Both the position numbers and the translations under genes were made by a program. From Phoronis australis (Eukaryota > Animalia > Phoronida): 63,983 bases of DNA. Shown here piece after piece: positions 63,284-63,983 of the stretch; position 1 is the first letter of the stretch, and each line of letters starts with the position of its first letter. The notes below the pieces were generated by a model, which ran no database searches, had not been told where the DNA came from, and saw nothing but the letters and a program-made list of their open reading frames with translations. The stretch spans positions 357,974 to 421,956 of the forward strand of contig NMRA01000241.1 of assembly GCA_002633005.1 (NCBI GenBank). The letters run 5' to 3'.

Positions 63284-63983
63284 CCGTATTCGCCGTAATA
63301 ACCGCCCAGGGCGCTTAGAAAAGTTCGGTTCAGGGGGGCGCTTATTATAACCCAAGGCGATTGAAACCCGGTCTCCGAAACGGGTGAAATCGGAAGCTAA
63401 GATTCATCAAATTTACGCTGTGACGTGTATGTAATCTATTAAAGAATTTCAACAAAACTGTGGTGCATTGCTATCAAACTTTGCTGCTAAATTACGATCA
63501 TGTTACAGAAAATTGTGCTGAAATCCCAGGGCGAACACTTGCCGACTGACTGCCTCGAAATCGCCGTCTTCGATACGGCGACGTCACTGCTTGAATAAAC
63601 ATTTTTTCAACTCAAGCAAATTACCTGAAATCCTCATTAAGTTTTATAAGTAGTGTCTTCAAGATTTTTTAAGTTCTCGTGGAATCTGGATTAACGGCAG
63701 GTTTAAGTACAAATCTATACAACATCGTGCCATCTACATGTATGATCGGCAACTCGGCGAGAAAAATGTCTGGACGAACACACATGTTGTTGTCACGTGA
63801 CGTTTGTTTTGAAGTTCGTCTGCGAGTAAGCGAGCGCGTGCGTGTCACCAGAGTTCATTTGCCAAAGCAGAGACCGTCTTTTGGCCAGAGCCACGCAATC
63901 TAACTAGCTAGATGTGTCTAAAGAAATTTGCACAAGCAGTAGGCTTGAACCAGAGCGTGTTTCATTCAGCACTTGCCGGTCTC
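63284..63983. mobile_element. second copy of the same Tc1/mariner-like family (runs off the window)
   Basis: TA|CCGTATTCGCCGTAATAACCGCCCAGGGCGCTTA...; colinear with 62047-62420, with an extra ~315 bp at 63636-63952. Confidence 0.9.

Overview
Eukaryotic (invertebrate-like, AT-rich, intron-rich) genomic window with two convergent multi-exon genes. (1) On the + strand is a KCNQ/Kv7 voltage-gated potassium channel. I reconstructed it by hand as 12 phase-consistent coding exons (27514-48135, about 731 aa), including one GC-AG intron. It has unusual substitutions at conserved gating positions: S2 charge-transfer Phe->Leu, S4 first Arg->Gln and S6 hinge Gly->Cys. (2) On the - strand is a BTB/POZ plus 18 C2H2 zinc-finger gene: 6 exons found, 61379-55478, start exon not located. 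Two of its splice junctions have been tandemly duplicated, including an array of about 6 copies of the last acceptor plus exon start. The first ~27 kb and the introns hold MITEs and non-autonomous DNA transposons (hAT-, PIF/Harbinger- and Tc1/mariner-like), an L1/Tx1-type LINE relic, a decayed hAT transposase, tRNA-SINE remnants and micro/minisatellites. An ~860 bp duplication across an N is probably an assembly artefact. I found no rRNA, intact tRNA or CRISPR, and no convincing wholly new biological system. The best leads are the divergent KCNQ voltage sensor and the duplicated splice junctions. All family assignments are from memory of motifs, not database searches.
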